A stretch of DNA of 64,000 nucleotides, from assembly GCA_964387555.1 (NCBI GenBank), contig CAYLXM010000014.1:8901-72900 (forward strand), read 5' to 3'. A program made the translations under genes and the position numbers. A model generated the notes under the pieces. It did no database searches, had not been told where the DNA came from, and saw only the letters and a program-made list of their open reading frames with translations. The stretch's first letter is position 1. Each line of letters opens with the position of its first letter. Source of the DNA: an uncultured Rhodothermales bacterium (GTDB lineage Bacteria > Bacteroidota > Rhodothermia > Rhodothermales > CAYLXM01). Below are positions 7,978 to 17,739 of the stretch, one piece after another.

Positions 7978-8472
7978 ATGAAGCGAACATTCATTCTACT
8001 CCTCCATACCCTGCTCTTCCTGTTTTTGGCGGGATGTGGAACGCAAAGCAAAACGCCGGACACCGATCTCGGAATGGGTAATGTGCCTGCCGATTCACCA
8101 GTCGATGCCCCCGACCGATACATTATCTTCCTCGATCAGGAGGTTTTCCCGTCCTTCAGCCACCCCAGTCAGCAGCGCGAATACAGCGACAGGGAAGAGC
8201 AGGGCCGGGCGGCCGAGGCCTATGAGGCCCAGATGAGCGAGAAGATTCGTGCCTACGCCATGGAGACGCTCGGACTGTCCTCCGATCAGATCGTGAATAT
8301 TATGGCAGCTGGTTTCTCCGCCATCGTGGCCAACCTGACCCCGGCTCAGGCTGCCGAGGTCGAGCAGTGGCCGCAGCGGTTTCCCGAAGTGGAGGAAGTG
8401 AATCGGGATTTCGAGTTCAGCATCGATCCGGGCGAGGTGATCATTGTCGATCCGGACACGCTGAAGCAGTAG
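7978..8472 (+). CDS. lipoprotein consisting only of a subtilase-prodomain (inhibitor I9-like) module
   Basis: 164-aa ORF with the lipobox LFLAGC. RYIIFLDQEVFPSF...DREEQGRAAEAYEAQMSEKIRAYAMETL...AAGFSAIVANL...EVNRDFEF is collinear with the prodomains of the three upstream subtilases (SYIVILKADKHPPF...REEQAAEAKKYEEREARKIKTLARAKY...TSGFSGFVANI...FIQDFEV). No catalytic domain follows. Confidence 0.8.
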   Translation: MKRTFILLLHTLLFLFLAGCGTQSKTPDTDLGMGNVPADSPVDAPDRYIIFLDQEVFPSFSHPSQQREYSDREEQGRAAEAYEAQMSEKIRAYAMETLGLSSDQIVNIMAAGFSAIVANLTPAQAAEVEQWPQRFPEVEEVNRDFEFSIDPGEVIIVDPDTLKQ

Positions 8473-8970
8473 CCCGACGGCCCGGCGGCCTCCGTCCGAC
8501 CGTTGCTGTAGCCGTCCGGACAAATCCAGGCCCCCCCGATCCGGTACGGCCCCGGCAGGCCATGTCCTGGCGGACCACGGCTCCCGACCACCTGGATCGG
8601 GGCGAGGGCGTGGTTTCGCCTTCGTTCGTCTGCTCTTCCCCGGGGTGGGCCAGTCGGAATCTCGGCACCAAGAAAGCAGCCCGAGACGCAAAGGGCGAAT
8701 CGAACGTCTCCTAAGCCCGCGCGACGAACCCCTGTACGATCCTGTGAGGGCACATTATAGGGCACGAGGATTTACCACATTGTTGGTTGCCAAAGCGCTT
8801 TCAGAGTAGTAGTTTTTGCTCGGCTGACCGGCAAAGTTCCACTACAGTTCTTTCCCTCCAATCGGAGGCGCCATGCGGTACATCCGAGCGGAGGCCCCAT
8901 CAACCCTATTAAACCATCGTCGCAGGGTGTTGAATTGGTTCCTGCGCATCAACCACCGGAGAAACAGTCC

Positions 8971-11900
8971 ATGAATCCAACCACACAACGAGGGCGGCGC
9001 GTTCTGAAGAGAACGGCCGGCGCGCTCGCGGTGATGCTGGCGTTTGGGGCTCAGGTGATCCTGGCCCAAATGCACACCGTGACGGGTACGGTAACGTCCG
9101 CCAACGACAACTCGGCGCTGCCGGGTGTCAACATTATCGAAGTCGGGACGCAGACCGGCGCTATGACCGATGCGCGCGGTCAGTACACGATTTCGATCTC
9201 CAGTCCCAACGCATCGCTCGCGTTCTCCTTTGTCGGCTATGAGACGCAGACGGTTGCGGTGGGTGGTCGTACCTCCGTTAACGTAGCCCTGGCCGAGGAC
9301 GTCCGCATGCTCGAGGAAGTGGTCGTGACTTCGTTCGGGATCGAACGACGCGAACGTGCTGTCGGCTTCTCAGTGAGCAAGGTGGACGGCGCCGAACTGG
9401 CCGAGATTCGCGAGACGAACATCGCGAACTCGCTGGCCGGCAAGGTCGCAGGCGTCATGGTTCAGAAGCCGGCAACAGGTTCCTCCGGCTCGAGCCGGGT
9501 CGAAATCCGCGGTTCATCGTCTCTCGGAAGCGGTCAGGACAACCAGCCGCTGTACGTGGTCGACGGTGTTCCGATCGACAATACCGTACTCGGTCAGGCC
9601 GGTATGTGGGGCGGTTGGGACGGTGGCGACGGCATCTCGAGCATCAACCCCGACGACATCGAGAACATCTCCGTCCTCAAAGGCCCTGCGGCCGCAGCCC
9701 TCTACGGCTCCCGCGCGAAAAACGGCGTCATCCTCATTACGACGAAGACCGCCAAGACCGGGACCGGGCTCGGCATCGAGTTCAACAGCAATACGACGTT
9801 TGAGAATATCCTGACCAGTACAGATTATCAGGATATTTACGGGCAGGGAAGCCGGGGCAATCGTCCCGTAACGGCCCAGGAAGCCCGCGATACGAACACC
9901 TCGGCCTGGGGGGCAAAAATGGACGGTGCGCCCACCATTCAGTGGGACGGCGTTGCGCGCCCCTACTCCGTTGTCGACAATAACCTCGGCGACTTCTACC
10001 AGACCGGGATCACGTCGACGAACACGCTGGCCCTGAGCGCTGCGACGCAGCAGTCGGCCACGCGGTTCAACGTGACCCACCTGACCAACCAGGGCCTCCA
10101 GCCCTATTCCGGCCTGGAACGCACCACATTCACCATGCGGTCCACCGCCAACCTTGGATCGAAGTGGACGGCGGACGCCAAGCTGAACTTCATCCGGGAG
10201 TATGTGAAGAACCGGCCGCGTCTCTCGGACGCCCCGGGGAACGCGAACTATGCCATCTACTCACTGGCGCCCAACGTCGGCGTTGAGCACATGAAGTGCC
10301 CAATTGATCCGGCGACCGGAGCGCCGATCCCGGAGGAGCAGTGCACGCCGGGTGTGGGCCTTGACGGAAAAGAATACACCATCTGGGACAACATCTACGC
10401 CCAGAACCCGTGGTTCGCCGCCCACAACATGAAGCAGACGGACGAAGACCGACGCCTCATCGGCTTCTTCTCCCTGCAGCATCAATTCACGGACTGGCTG
10501 TCGCTGATGGGCCGGTTCGGGGGAGACACCTATACCACGCGCCGTACCAACCTCGAGCCGTACGGACTGGCATACAACTCGCCGGGCAGGCTCTGGGAAC
10601 AGGAGTTCCGGATCAGTGAGGTCAACACCGACTTCCTCCTCATTGCGGACAAGGGCTTCGAAGCCGGTGGAAGCTCCTTCGGCGTGAACGCCACCCTGGG
10701 AGGCAACCTCCTCTACCGGCAAAGAGAGGACCTGACACTGGACGGCGCCGGGGGCTTCAACGTCCCCACGCTTGTAACCGTAGGCAACCAGCTCAACCCC
10801 CGAATCGGGTACGGCTACAACGAGAAGCAGATCAACTCGTTGTACGGATCGACGGAATTGTCCTACAACGACTACCTCTTCCTGACCCTCACGGCGCGGA
10901 ACGACTGGTCGTCGACCCTGCCGACGGACAACAATTCGTACTTCTACCCGTCGGTGGGCCTGAGCCTCGTGTTCAGCGACCTCTTGCAGATGCCGTCCTG
11001 GGTCACCTTCGGCAAACTGCGTGCGTCGTGGGCGGAAGTCGGTGGGGATACCGATCCCTATCAGCTGAGCTTGACGTACTCGTTGGCAGGTTCCCACCTC
11101 GGTCAACCGCGTGGCGTCGTGTCGCAGGGAACGATCCCCCTCGCCGGCCTGAAGCCGTCGGCACAGACAGGCGTCGAGGCCGGATTTGATATCCGGTTCT
11201 TCGACAACCGGCTGGGTATAGACCTCACCTACTACGACCAGTCGACCGCCAACCAGATTCTGGCGACCTCGATTTCGCAGACCTCCGGATTCGGCTCCGC
11301 TGTGATCAACGCCGGGGAAATGAAGAACTCGGGTGTTGAACTTCTGGTCACTACGACGCCGGTTCGTACGGCTGACTTCCGCTGGGATTTCGACGTAAAC
11401 ATCGCCAATAACAATAACGAGGTCGTGTCCCTCGCCGGCGAACAGACCACGCTGAACCTCGGGGAAGCCCGCAGCCGTAACGCATTCGTCGTGGCCGAGG
11501 TGGGTGAGCCCTACGGCACAATTCGCGGTTATAAGTTTCTCCGCGAAGTGGCATCGGGCGACGATCCCGACGATCCGTGTTCCTTCAGCGGCGCGATCAA
11601 GCATGACGCAGCCGGGCTGCCCCTGTCGAGCAGTATCTGCAACCTGGGTGTCGGTACGCCGAACATCATCGGCGGTATCAGCAACACGCTGCGTTGGAAG
11701 CGGCTCACGCTGGATATGCTGATCGACATGCGCTTTGGTGGGGACCTTTACTCCGCGACCAACCAGCTTGCCTACGGATCCGGACGGCATCAGCACACGG
11801 TCGAGTACACCCAGGAGGACGGCAGCGTCTGGCGGCGTGAGGATGGGAAGATCACGGGCGTCGGCGTGGGGCCCGACGGCAGCGCGAACACGGTGGCGGT

Positions 11901-12204
11901 TGATGCACAGGACTATTTCGGACGCATGTCCGGCATCACCGATCTGTTCGTCTACGATTCCAGCTTCCTGAAGCTGCGCGAAGTGCGACTGGGCTACCGA
12001 TTGCCGGACTCCTGGTTCGACAACACGCCCGTGCAGATGGCTTCCGTCTCCGTCGTCGCGCGTAACCTGCTGCTGCTTTACAGCAACATCGACAACGTCG
12101 ATCCGGAATCTGTGTTTGCGGTCGATAACGGAAACATCGGCTTCGAGTACTTCGGATCGCCTCAGGCCCGGAGCTTCGGCTTCAACGTCAATTTCCGTTT
12201 CTAG
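8971..12204 (+). CDS. SusC/RagA-family TonB-dependent outer-membrane transporter
   Basis: The ORF 8935..12204 was trimmed to the ATG at 8971, giving a signal peptide ending ...VILA|QMHTVTG. A CarboxypepD_reg-like N-terminal domain (TGTVTSANDNSALPGVNIIEVGT..TDARGQY) is followed by a plug (VVVTSFGIERRERAVGFSV) and the terminal barrel strand ...SFGFNVNFRF. Confidence 0.92.
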   Translation: MNPTTQRGRRVLKRTAGALAVMLAFGAQVILAQMHTVTGTVTSANDNSALPGVNIIEVGTQTGAMTDARGQYTISISSPNASLAFSFVGYETQTVAVGGRTSVNVALAEDVRMLEEVVVTSFGIERRERAVGFSVSKVDGAELAEIRETNIANSLAGKVAGVMVQKPATGSSGSSRVEIRGSSSLGSGQDNQPLYVVDGVPIDNTVLGQAGMWGGWDGGDGISSINPDDIENISVLKGPAAAALYGSRAKNGVILITTKTAKTGTGLGIEFNSNTTFENILTSTDYQDIYGQGSRGNRPVTAQEARDTNTSAWGAKMDGAPTIQWDGVARPYSVVDNNLGDFYQTGITSTNTLALSAATQQSATRFNVTHLTNQGLQPYSGLERTTFTMRSTANLGSKWTADAKLNFIREYVKNRPRLSDAPGNANYAIYSLAPNVGVEHMKCPIDPATGAPIPEEQCTPGVGLDGKEYTIWDNIYAQNPWFAAHNMKQTDEDRRLIGFFSLQHQFTDWLSLMGRFGGDTYTTRRTNLEPYGLAYNSPGRLWEQEFRISEVNTDFLLIADKGFEAGGSSFGVNATLGGNLLYRQREDLTLDGAGGFNVPTLVTVGNQLNPRIGYGYNEKQINSLYGSTELSYNDYLFLTLTARNDWSSTLPTDNNSYFYPSVGLSLVFSDLLQMPSWVTFGKLRASWAEVGGDTDPYQLSLTYSLAGSHLGQPRGVVSQGTIPLAGLKPSAQTGVEAGFDIRFFDNRLGIDLTYYDQSTANQILATSISQTSGFGSAVINAGEMKNSGVELLVTTTPVRTADFRWDFDVNIANNNNEVVSLAGEQTTLNLGEARSRNAFVVAEVGEPYGTIRGYKFLREVASGDDPDDPCSFSGAIKHDAAGLPLSSSICNLGVGTPNIIGGISNTLRWKRLTLDMLIDMRFGGDLYSATNQLAYGSGRHQHTVEYTQEDGSVWRREDGKITGVGVGPDGSANTVAVDAQDYFGRMSGITDLFVYDSSFLKLREVRLGYRLPDSWFDNTPVQMASVSVVARNLLLLYSNIDNVDPESVFAVDNGNIGFEYFGSPQARSFGFNVNFRF

Positions 12205-12250
12205 GACAGCCGAACCACACAGCCTGAGTAACTCTGAATTCCTGCAAATC

Positions 12251-13837
12251 ATGATTGTCATGAAGATGATGTTGAAGCATCTGGGATTGGCCGTCGTGTT
12301 GGTGGGTTTCCTTTCCCTGACGTCCTGTGATTCCATTTTCAAAATGGACGAGACGTTCGAGGAGATGAACATCAACCCGACCCAGGCCAGCCAGATCGAT
12401 CCAAACTTCAAGTTGACCGACATCCAGCTCCGTGTCTCCGGCGAGCGGTACGAGAACTGGCGGACCAACTTGATCTATAGCTCAACGATGGTACAGCACT
12501 TCGCCACCTATCCGACCTACTGGTCAGGTGACAAGTACCTGTATAACCGCGATTACTCGAAATCGATGTGGGACCGGTACTATCCCAACATCGCCAAGAA
12601 CCTGGAGGACCTGCTCGCGCAGACGGCGGCAGATCCCGCGCAGGTAAACATGAACGCCATCGCACGGGTGGTGCGGGTGTTCATGTACCACCGGTTGACG
12701 GACCTCTACGGGGATATTCCGTACTCCGAAGCCGGAAAGGGCTACCTGGAGGGTATCACCAAGCCGAAGTACGATACCCAGGAGTTCATCTACAAGGACA
12801 TGCTCAAGGAGTTGGATGAGGCGGCTGCGGCAATGGATCCTGCGCAGGCCTCCTTCGGCTCGGGCGATCTCATCTTCCAGGGCGATGTGGCCAAATGGAA
12901 GAAATGGGCCTACTCGATGATGCTCCGGCTGGCCATGAGGATCTCCGAAGTGGATCCCGCCACGGCACAGCAGTACGTACAGAAAGCCGTCGCCGGCGGC
13001 GTCATGCAGAGCAATGCTGACCTGGCGCGCGTTCCGCACGATTTGGCTGGCTGGACGAACGGGTACAGCGACGTCCTCCATACCGGTGGTGAGGCGAACA
13101 CGGCGAAGATCAGCAAGACCTTCATGGACTGGATGCTCGCCCACGGAGATCCGCGCGTGAACGTGTTCGGAAAACCCCGCGTCGCGGGCGCCCCTCCGGT
13201 GGGCCTGCCCAATGGACTGAACGCCAGTTCGACCGGCAACCCGGCGTCGCGCGAAGACGATCCGAGCTGGGTGCCGTGCGCCACCCCCGGTACGCCGGCG
13301 GCCGGTGAGATCTGCGAAGACCTGGTCTACTGGGTCTGGAATCCCGTCTTCCTCGATCGGGATGATCCGATGCTGTTCCAGTCCTACGCCGAAGTCCAGC
13401 TCCTGCTCGCCGAAGCCGCCGTTCGGGGATGGCATTCGGGGAACGCCGCAACGCACTTCGAAAACGGCGTGCGGGCGGCTATGGAGCATCTGTCGATCTA
13501 CGGGGCCGGCGCCTCTATCGCCGCCGCGGACATCGATGCCTACGTGGCCGCGAATCCGTTCGACGGGTCCATCAAGCAGATCGCCGAGTTCTACTGGTCC
13601 ATCCATATCCAGAACCACTACGAGGCATTTGCGAACTACAGGCGGACGGGCTTCCCTGAGTTGGTTCCGACCAACTACCCCGGAAACCGGACCAACGGGA
13701 CCGTGCCGCGTCGTCTCCGTGGCGATGATGGAGAAGTGGTGAGCAACACGGACAACTACCTGGCAGCGATGAGCCGTCAGGGGGTGGACGACAACAACTT
13801 CTTCACGGTGCCCCTGTGGTGGGACAAGCGGCCATAA
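12251..13837 (+). CDS. SusD/RagB-family nutrient-binding lipoprotein
   Basis: It lies immediately downstream of SusC. The start was trimmed to the ATG at 12251, giving MIVMKMMLKHLGLAVVLVGFLSLTSC with a lipobox. The length and motifs (NWRTNLIYS, YGDIPYSEAG, the W/Y-rich C-terminus ...PLWWDKRP) are typical of SusD. Starts at 12260-12269 are also possible. Confidence 0.88.
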   Translation: MIVMKMMLKHLGLAVVLVGFLSLTSCDSIFKMDETFEEMNINPTQASQIDPNFKLTDIQLRVSGERYENWRTNLIYSSTMVQHFATYPTYWSGDKYLYNRDYSKSMWDRYYPNIAKNLEDLLAQTAADPAQVNMNAIARVVRVFMYHRLTDLYGDIPYSEAGKGYLEGITKPKYDTQEFIYKDMLKELDEAAAAMDPAQASFGSGDLIFQGDVAKWKKWAYSMMLRLAMRISEVDPATAQQYVQKAVAGGVMQSNADLARVPHDLAGWTNGYSDVLHTGGEANTAKISKTFMDWMLAHGDPRVNVFGKPRVAGAPPVGLPNGLNASSTGNPASREDDPSWVPCATPGTPAAGEICEDLVYWVWNPVFLDRDDPMLFQSYAEVQLLLAEAAVRGWHSGNAATHFENGVRAAMEHLSIYGAGASIAAADIDAYVAANPFDGSIKQIAEFYWSIHIQNHYEAFANYRRTGFPELVPTNYPGNRTNGTVPRRLRGDDGEVVSNTDNYLAAMSRQGVDDNNFFTVPLWWDKRP

Positions 13838-13861
13838 GCCGTTCACCGTGACTGAAATCAG

Positions 13862-13900
13862 AAACAGGCGCCCGCCCTCCATGGCGGGCGCCTGTTTTCT
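13862..13900 (+). terminator. rho-independent terminator after susD
   Basis: A perfect 15-bp stem aaacaggcgcccgcc / ggcgggcgcctgttt encloses the loop ctccat and is followed by a T-rich tail. Confidence 0.85.
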
Positions 13901-13978
13901 TGTCGACCGCCCCCCGATGGGGAAACTCTGAGGCCTCTCCGGGTTTCACTATCCTGCATAATCAAGACGAGGTACCTT

Positions 13979-14380
13979 GTGAAAATCTTCCATCTTGCTC
14001 TTCTTATCCTACTGATTGCCCCGCTCGGGTGCGGAAGCGAAAAAGGCGCCGTCCGAAGCCGAACCGGCCCCATCACGGCCCTGGAGATCGAGGATTCCGG
14101 CCTCATTTTCAATGATGCCTACGATGTCGTGCGGCATTTCCGGCCAAACTGGCTCGTCAAGCGAGGGGTGGCACGCTTCCCCACCGCGACGAATACGGAA
14201 ATGCTCGACTACGTAGCCGTCTACGAAGATCGAACCCTGCTGGGTGATCCCGAAACCCTGCGCCAAATCAGCGTGCAGCGTATCGGGGAAATTGAACGCC
14301 TGTCACCGACCCAGACCCAGACGCTCAGCCCCTTCTTTCACGCGCACGGCGCGATCATTATCCACACGCGAGCCCGTTAA
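13979..14380 (+). CDS. hypothetical small lipoprotein
   Basis: 133-aa ORF with a GTG start and the signal/lipobox MKIFHLALLILLIAPLGC. I recognise no family. Its position between susD and the CRTAC1-like gene supports that it is real. Confidence 0.5.
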   Translation: MKIFHLALLILLIAPLGCGSEKGAVRSRTGPITALEIEDSGLIFNDAYDVVRHFRPNWLVKRGVARFPTATNTEMLDYVAVYEDRTLLGDPETLRQISVQRIGEIERLSPTQTQTLSPFFHAHGAIIIHTRAR

Positions 14381-14398
14381 TAGCCGCCGGTACGCCCC

Positions 14399-17300
14399 AT
14401 GCCGCTGACGACGCCATTGCGCCGCCCCTCGCTGCTTCATACGCTCGCGGTCTCGGCACTCCTCCTCGTATCGTCCTGCAGGCCCGGAGACCAGACCCCC
14501 GAGCAGCCCCTCTTCTCCCTGGTCCCCGTGGAGCGGTCCGGACTCGATTTCGTGAACGAAATCATCGAACAGGAAGCCTTTAACGTCCTCGAATACGAAT
14601 ACTTCTACAACGGCGGTGGCGTGGCCGTCGGCGATATCAACAACGACGGTCTTCCGGACCTGTATTTCACCGCAAATATGGGACCGGACCGGCTCTTCCT
14701 CAACAAGGGCAACCTGCAGTTCGAAGACATCACGGGCAGCACCGGCATCGTGGAAAACCCCAACTGGACTACCGGGGTGACCATGGCAGACGTCAATGGC
14801 GACGGTTTTCTGGATATCTATGTGTGCCGCTCCGGCAAGGTGAGCGAAGAACGCCGGCGCAACGCGCTGTACATCAACAACGGCGACCTCACCTTCACCG
14901 ATCGCGCCGCCGAATACGGCATCGACGACCCGTCCTACTCTACCCACGCCACGTTTTTCGACTACGACCGCGACGGCGACCTCGACCTCTTCCTCCTCAA
15001 CCACTCCATCGAACGCTACTTCCGCTTCAACGTCTACTTCATGAAGCAACAGCGGGACCCCCTCGCGGGCGACAAGCTGTACCGAAACGACAACGGGCGC
15101 TTCGTGAATGTGAGTGAAGAGGCCGGCATCATCGGCAACCCCCTGGGATTCGGCCTCAGTGCCATCGTATCGGACATCAACAAGGACGGCTGGCTCGACC
15201 TCTACGTGGCCAACGACTACGTGGAGGACGATTACCTCTATATCAACAACCGGGACGGCACGTTCCGGGAGGAAGTCCGCTCCTGGTTTGCCCATACCTC
15301 CTATTCGTCCATGGGATCGGACATCGGGGACTTCAACAACGACGGTCTACCCGACATCTTGACGCTGGACATGCTGGCCGAGGACAATCTCCGCCAGAAA
15401 CTGCTCAAGGGACCGGAGGATTTTCGGTTCTACGAGAATATGCGCTTGAACGGCTACCACGAGCAGTACATGCGCAACATGCTCCAACTCAACAACGGGA
15501 ACGGATCCTTCAGCGAAATCGGCCAGCTCGCCGGGATCGCGACCACCGACTGGAGCTGGGCCGCCCTCTTCGCCGACTTCGACCGCGATGGATTTAAAGA
15601 CATCCTGGTCACGAACGGCTACATGCGCGACTACACCAACATGGATTTCCTCGAGTTCACCCTCAAGGAAGCCTTCATGGAGGCGCAGCAGACCGGCAAA
15701 TCCCTCTCGGCACACGAACTCGTGCAGCACATGCCCACGTCTCCGCTCCGGAACTACATCTACCGGAACAACGGGCATCTGCAGTTCGAGGACAAATCCG
15801 TTGCCTGGGGGCTCGACCACTCCGGCCTGTCCAACGGCGCCGTCTTCGCGGATCTGGACCGCGACGGCGACCTCGACATCGTCGTCAACAACATCAACGC
15901 GGCGGCCTACCTCTACGAAAACCTGGCCGATGTACAACTCGATACACGCTTTCTTCAGATCCGTCTCGAAGGACCCGCCGGCGATCGCTTCGGGATCGGA
16001 TCCAAGGTCCAGGTGACGGGACCCAACGGAGAACAGTTCTATCGGGAAATGGTACCCTCGAGAGGCTACCTCTCGGCCGTCGAACCGGAACTCTTTTTCG
16101 GTGTGGGCGACCTCGATTCGGTAGAGGTGACCGTCGTCTGGACCGACCAGTCCGTCCAGCACCTCGAGGCCGTCCCGACCAACCAGTTCCTCACCCTGCG
16201 GCATGAAGACGCATCCCGGGACCTCCTGCCTCCGATCGACACGGTCGAGCCGAACCTCTTCGTGCAGGCCCCCGATGCCCGTGGGATTCTTTTCCGTCAC
16301 GCCGAGGACGGCATCGTCGACTTCGAGCAACAACCGCTCATCCCCCACGTGCTGTCTCGATTCGGACCTGCCCTCGCGCACGCCGATGTGAATCGGGACG
16401 GTCTGGAAGACATCTTCGTGGGCGGAGCCGCCGGACAGCCGGGAGCCCTCTTCCTGCAACAGATCGACGGCACGTTCCGGGAAGGCGCTGCTCCGGATTT
16501 CGTGACGCATGCCCCGTTTGAGGATGTGGCGGCGGTCTTTCTGGATGCCGACAACGACGGCGATGCAGACCTCTATGTGGTCAGCGGAGGCAATCTGATG
16601 ACCCGCGACGGGTCGATCATGCAGGATCGGCTCTATCTGAATTCGGGGTTCGGGATGTTCACCTACGACGAGACCGCGCTGCCCCAAATCGAGAGCAGCG
16701 GCGGAACGGCGGCGGCTTCCGACTATGATGGGGACGGGCGGGTGGATCTGTTCGTCGGGGGACGGGTCCTCCCGGGGCAATACCCCTTCGCTCCCCGCAG
16801 TTTCGTATTGCGTAACGAAGGTGGACGATTCACAGACGTCACCGAAGACGTGGCGCCGGACCTCGTGGCGCCCGGAATGATTTCGGATGCGATCTGGGCC
16901 GACCTGGACGGAGATGGCCGGTCGGAATTGGTGCTCGCCGGTGAATGGATGCCCCTGCGGGTCTTCTCGTTCGACGCGGGCCGCGGACGGTTCGTCGAGC
17001 ATACCCGCCAGGCGGGTCTCGATAGATGGTCCGGATGGTGGAATACCGTTCGCGCCGTCGACCTGAACGCGGACGGACACCTCGATCTGGTGGCGGGAAA
17101 CCGGGGGCTCAACTCCCTCATGGGCGCTTCTCCGAAAGAACCCGCGATTGTCGTGGCTTCCGACTTCGACAGAGACGGGGCAGTGGAGCCCATTGTGGGT
17201 TACTACATCCTCGGCCAACAGTATCCCGCGGCATGGCGCGACGAGTTGACTTCCGAGTTGCCCCATCTGATGGAACCCTTCTCCACCCACGAGGCCTACG

Positions 17301-17734
17301 CGCGGTCGACCCTGGATGAAGTGCTGTCGCACCTGGACACGGGGAAGGCACTGCGCCTCGAGGCGACCGAATTCGCCACGAGCCTGTTCGTGAATGACGG
17401 CGAGGGATCCTTTGAGCAACGCCGGCTTCCGCTGGAGGCCCAGTTCGCACCCGTGCATGCTGTCGTACCCGGCGATTTCGACGGCGACGGCAACGTAGAT
17501 CTCCTGCTCGCCGGAAATACGTTCTGGATCCGCTCCCAGTGGGGGCGCGACGACGCCGGACAGGGGCTCTTGCTTCGCGGCGACGGAGCATTCGGCTTTC
17601 GGCCTGTCTGGTCCAAGGACAGTGGATTCTTTGCCCCAGGGGAAGTGCGCCGCATGCTGCCTGTCTCTACCCCAGCCGGCCCCCTGATCATCGTCGCCAA
17701 CAACGACGACGCCGTGACGGTATTCGGGTTCTAG
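14399..17734 (+). CDS. CRTAC1/ASPIC-UnbV-family lipoprotein with FG-GAP/VCBS repeats
   Basis: 1111-aa ORF with the lipobox LLLVSSC. It contains many repeats of the D.N.DG..D (FG-GAP/VCBS) type, such as GDINNDGLPDLY, ADVNGDGFLDIY, FDYDRDGDLDLF and DFDGDGNVDLL. The central ...GSKV.V...G..QY.E....RGYLS segment is typical of the ASPIC/UnbV domain. Confidence 0.88.
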   Translation: MPLTTPLRRPSLLHTLAVSALLLVSSCRPGDQTPEQPLFSLVPVERSGLDFVNEIIEQEAFNVLEYEYFYNGGGVAVGDINNDGLPDLYFTANMGPDRLFLNKGNLQFEDITGSTGIVENPNWTTGVTMADVNGDGFLDIYVCRSGKVSEERRRNALYINNGDLTFTDRAAEYGIDDPSYSTHATFFDYDRDGDLDLFLLNHSIERYFRFNVYFMKQQRDPLAGDKLYRNDNGRFVNVSEEAGIIGNPLGFGLSAIVSDINKDGWLDLYVANDYVEDDYLYINNRDGTFREEVRSWFAHTSYSSMGSDIGDFNNDGLPDILTLDMLAEDNLRQKLLKGPEDFRFYENMRLNGYHEQYMRNMLQLNNGNGSFSEIGQLAGIATTDWSWAALFADFDRDGFKDILVTNGYMRDYTNMDFLEFTLKEAFMEAQQTGKSLSAHELVQHMPTSPLRNYIYRNNGHLQFEDKSVAWGLDHSGLSNGAVFADLDRDGDLDIVVNNINAAAYLYENLADVQLDTRFLQIRLEGPAGDRFGIGSKVQVTGPNGEQFYREMVPSRGYLSAVEPELFFGVGDLDSVEVTVVWTDQSVQHLEAVPTNQFLTLRHEDASRDLLPPIDTVEPNLFVQAPDARGILFRHAEDGIVDFEQQPLIPHVLSRFGPALAHADVNRDGLEDIFVGGAAGQPGALFLQQIDGTFREGAAPDFVTHAPFEDVAAVFLDADNDGDADLYVVSGGNLMTRDGSIMQDRLYLNSGFGMFTYDETALPQIESSGGTAAASDYDGDGRVDLFVGGRVLPGQYPFAPRSFVLRNEGGRFTDVTEDVAPDLVAPGMISDAIWADLDGDGRSELVLAGEWMPLRVFSFDAGRGRFVEHTRQAGLDRWSGWWNTVRAVDLNADGHLDLVAGNRGLNSLMGASPKEPAIVVASDFDRDGAVEPIVGYYILGQQYPAAWRDELTSELPHLMEPFSTHEAYARSTLDEVLSHLDTGKALRLEATEFATSLFVNDGEGSFEQRRLPLEAQFAPVHAVVPGDFDGDGNVDLLLAGNTFWIRSQWGRDDAGQGLLLRGDGAFGFRPVWSKDSGFFAPGEVRRMLPVSTPAGPLIIVANNDDAVTVFGF

Positions 17735-17739
17735 CGCAC

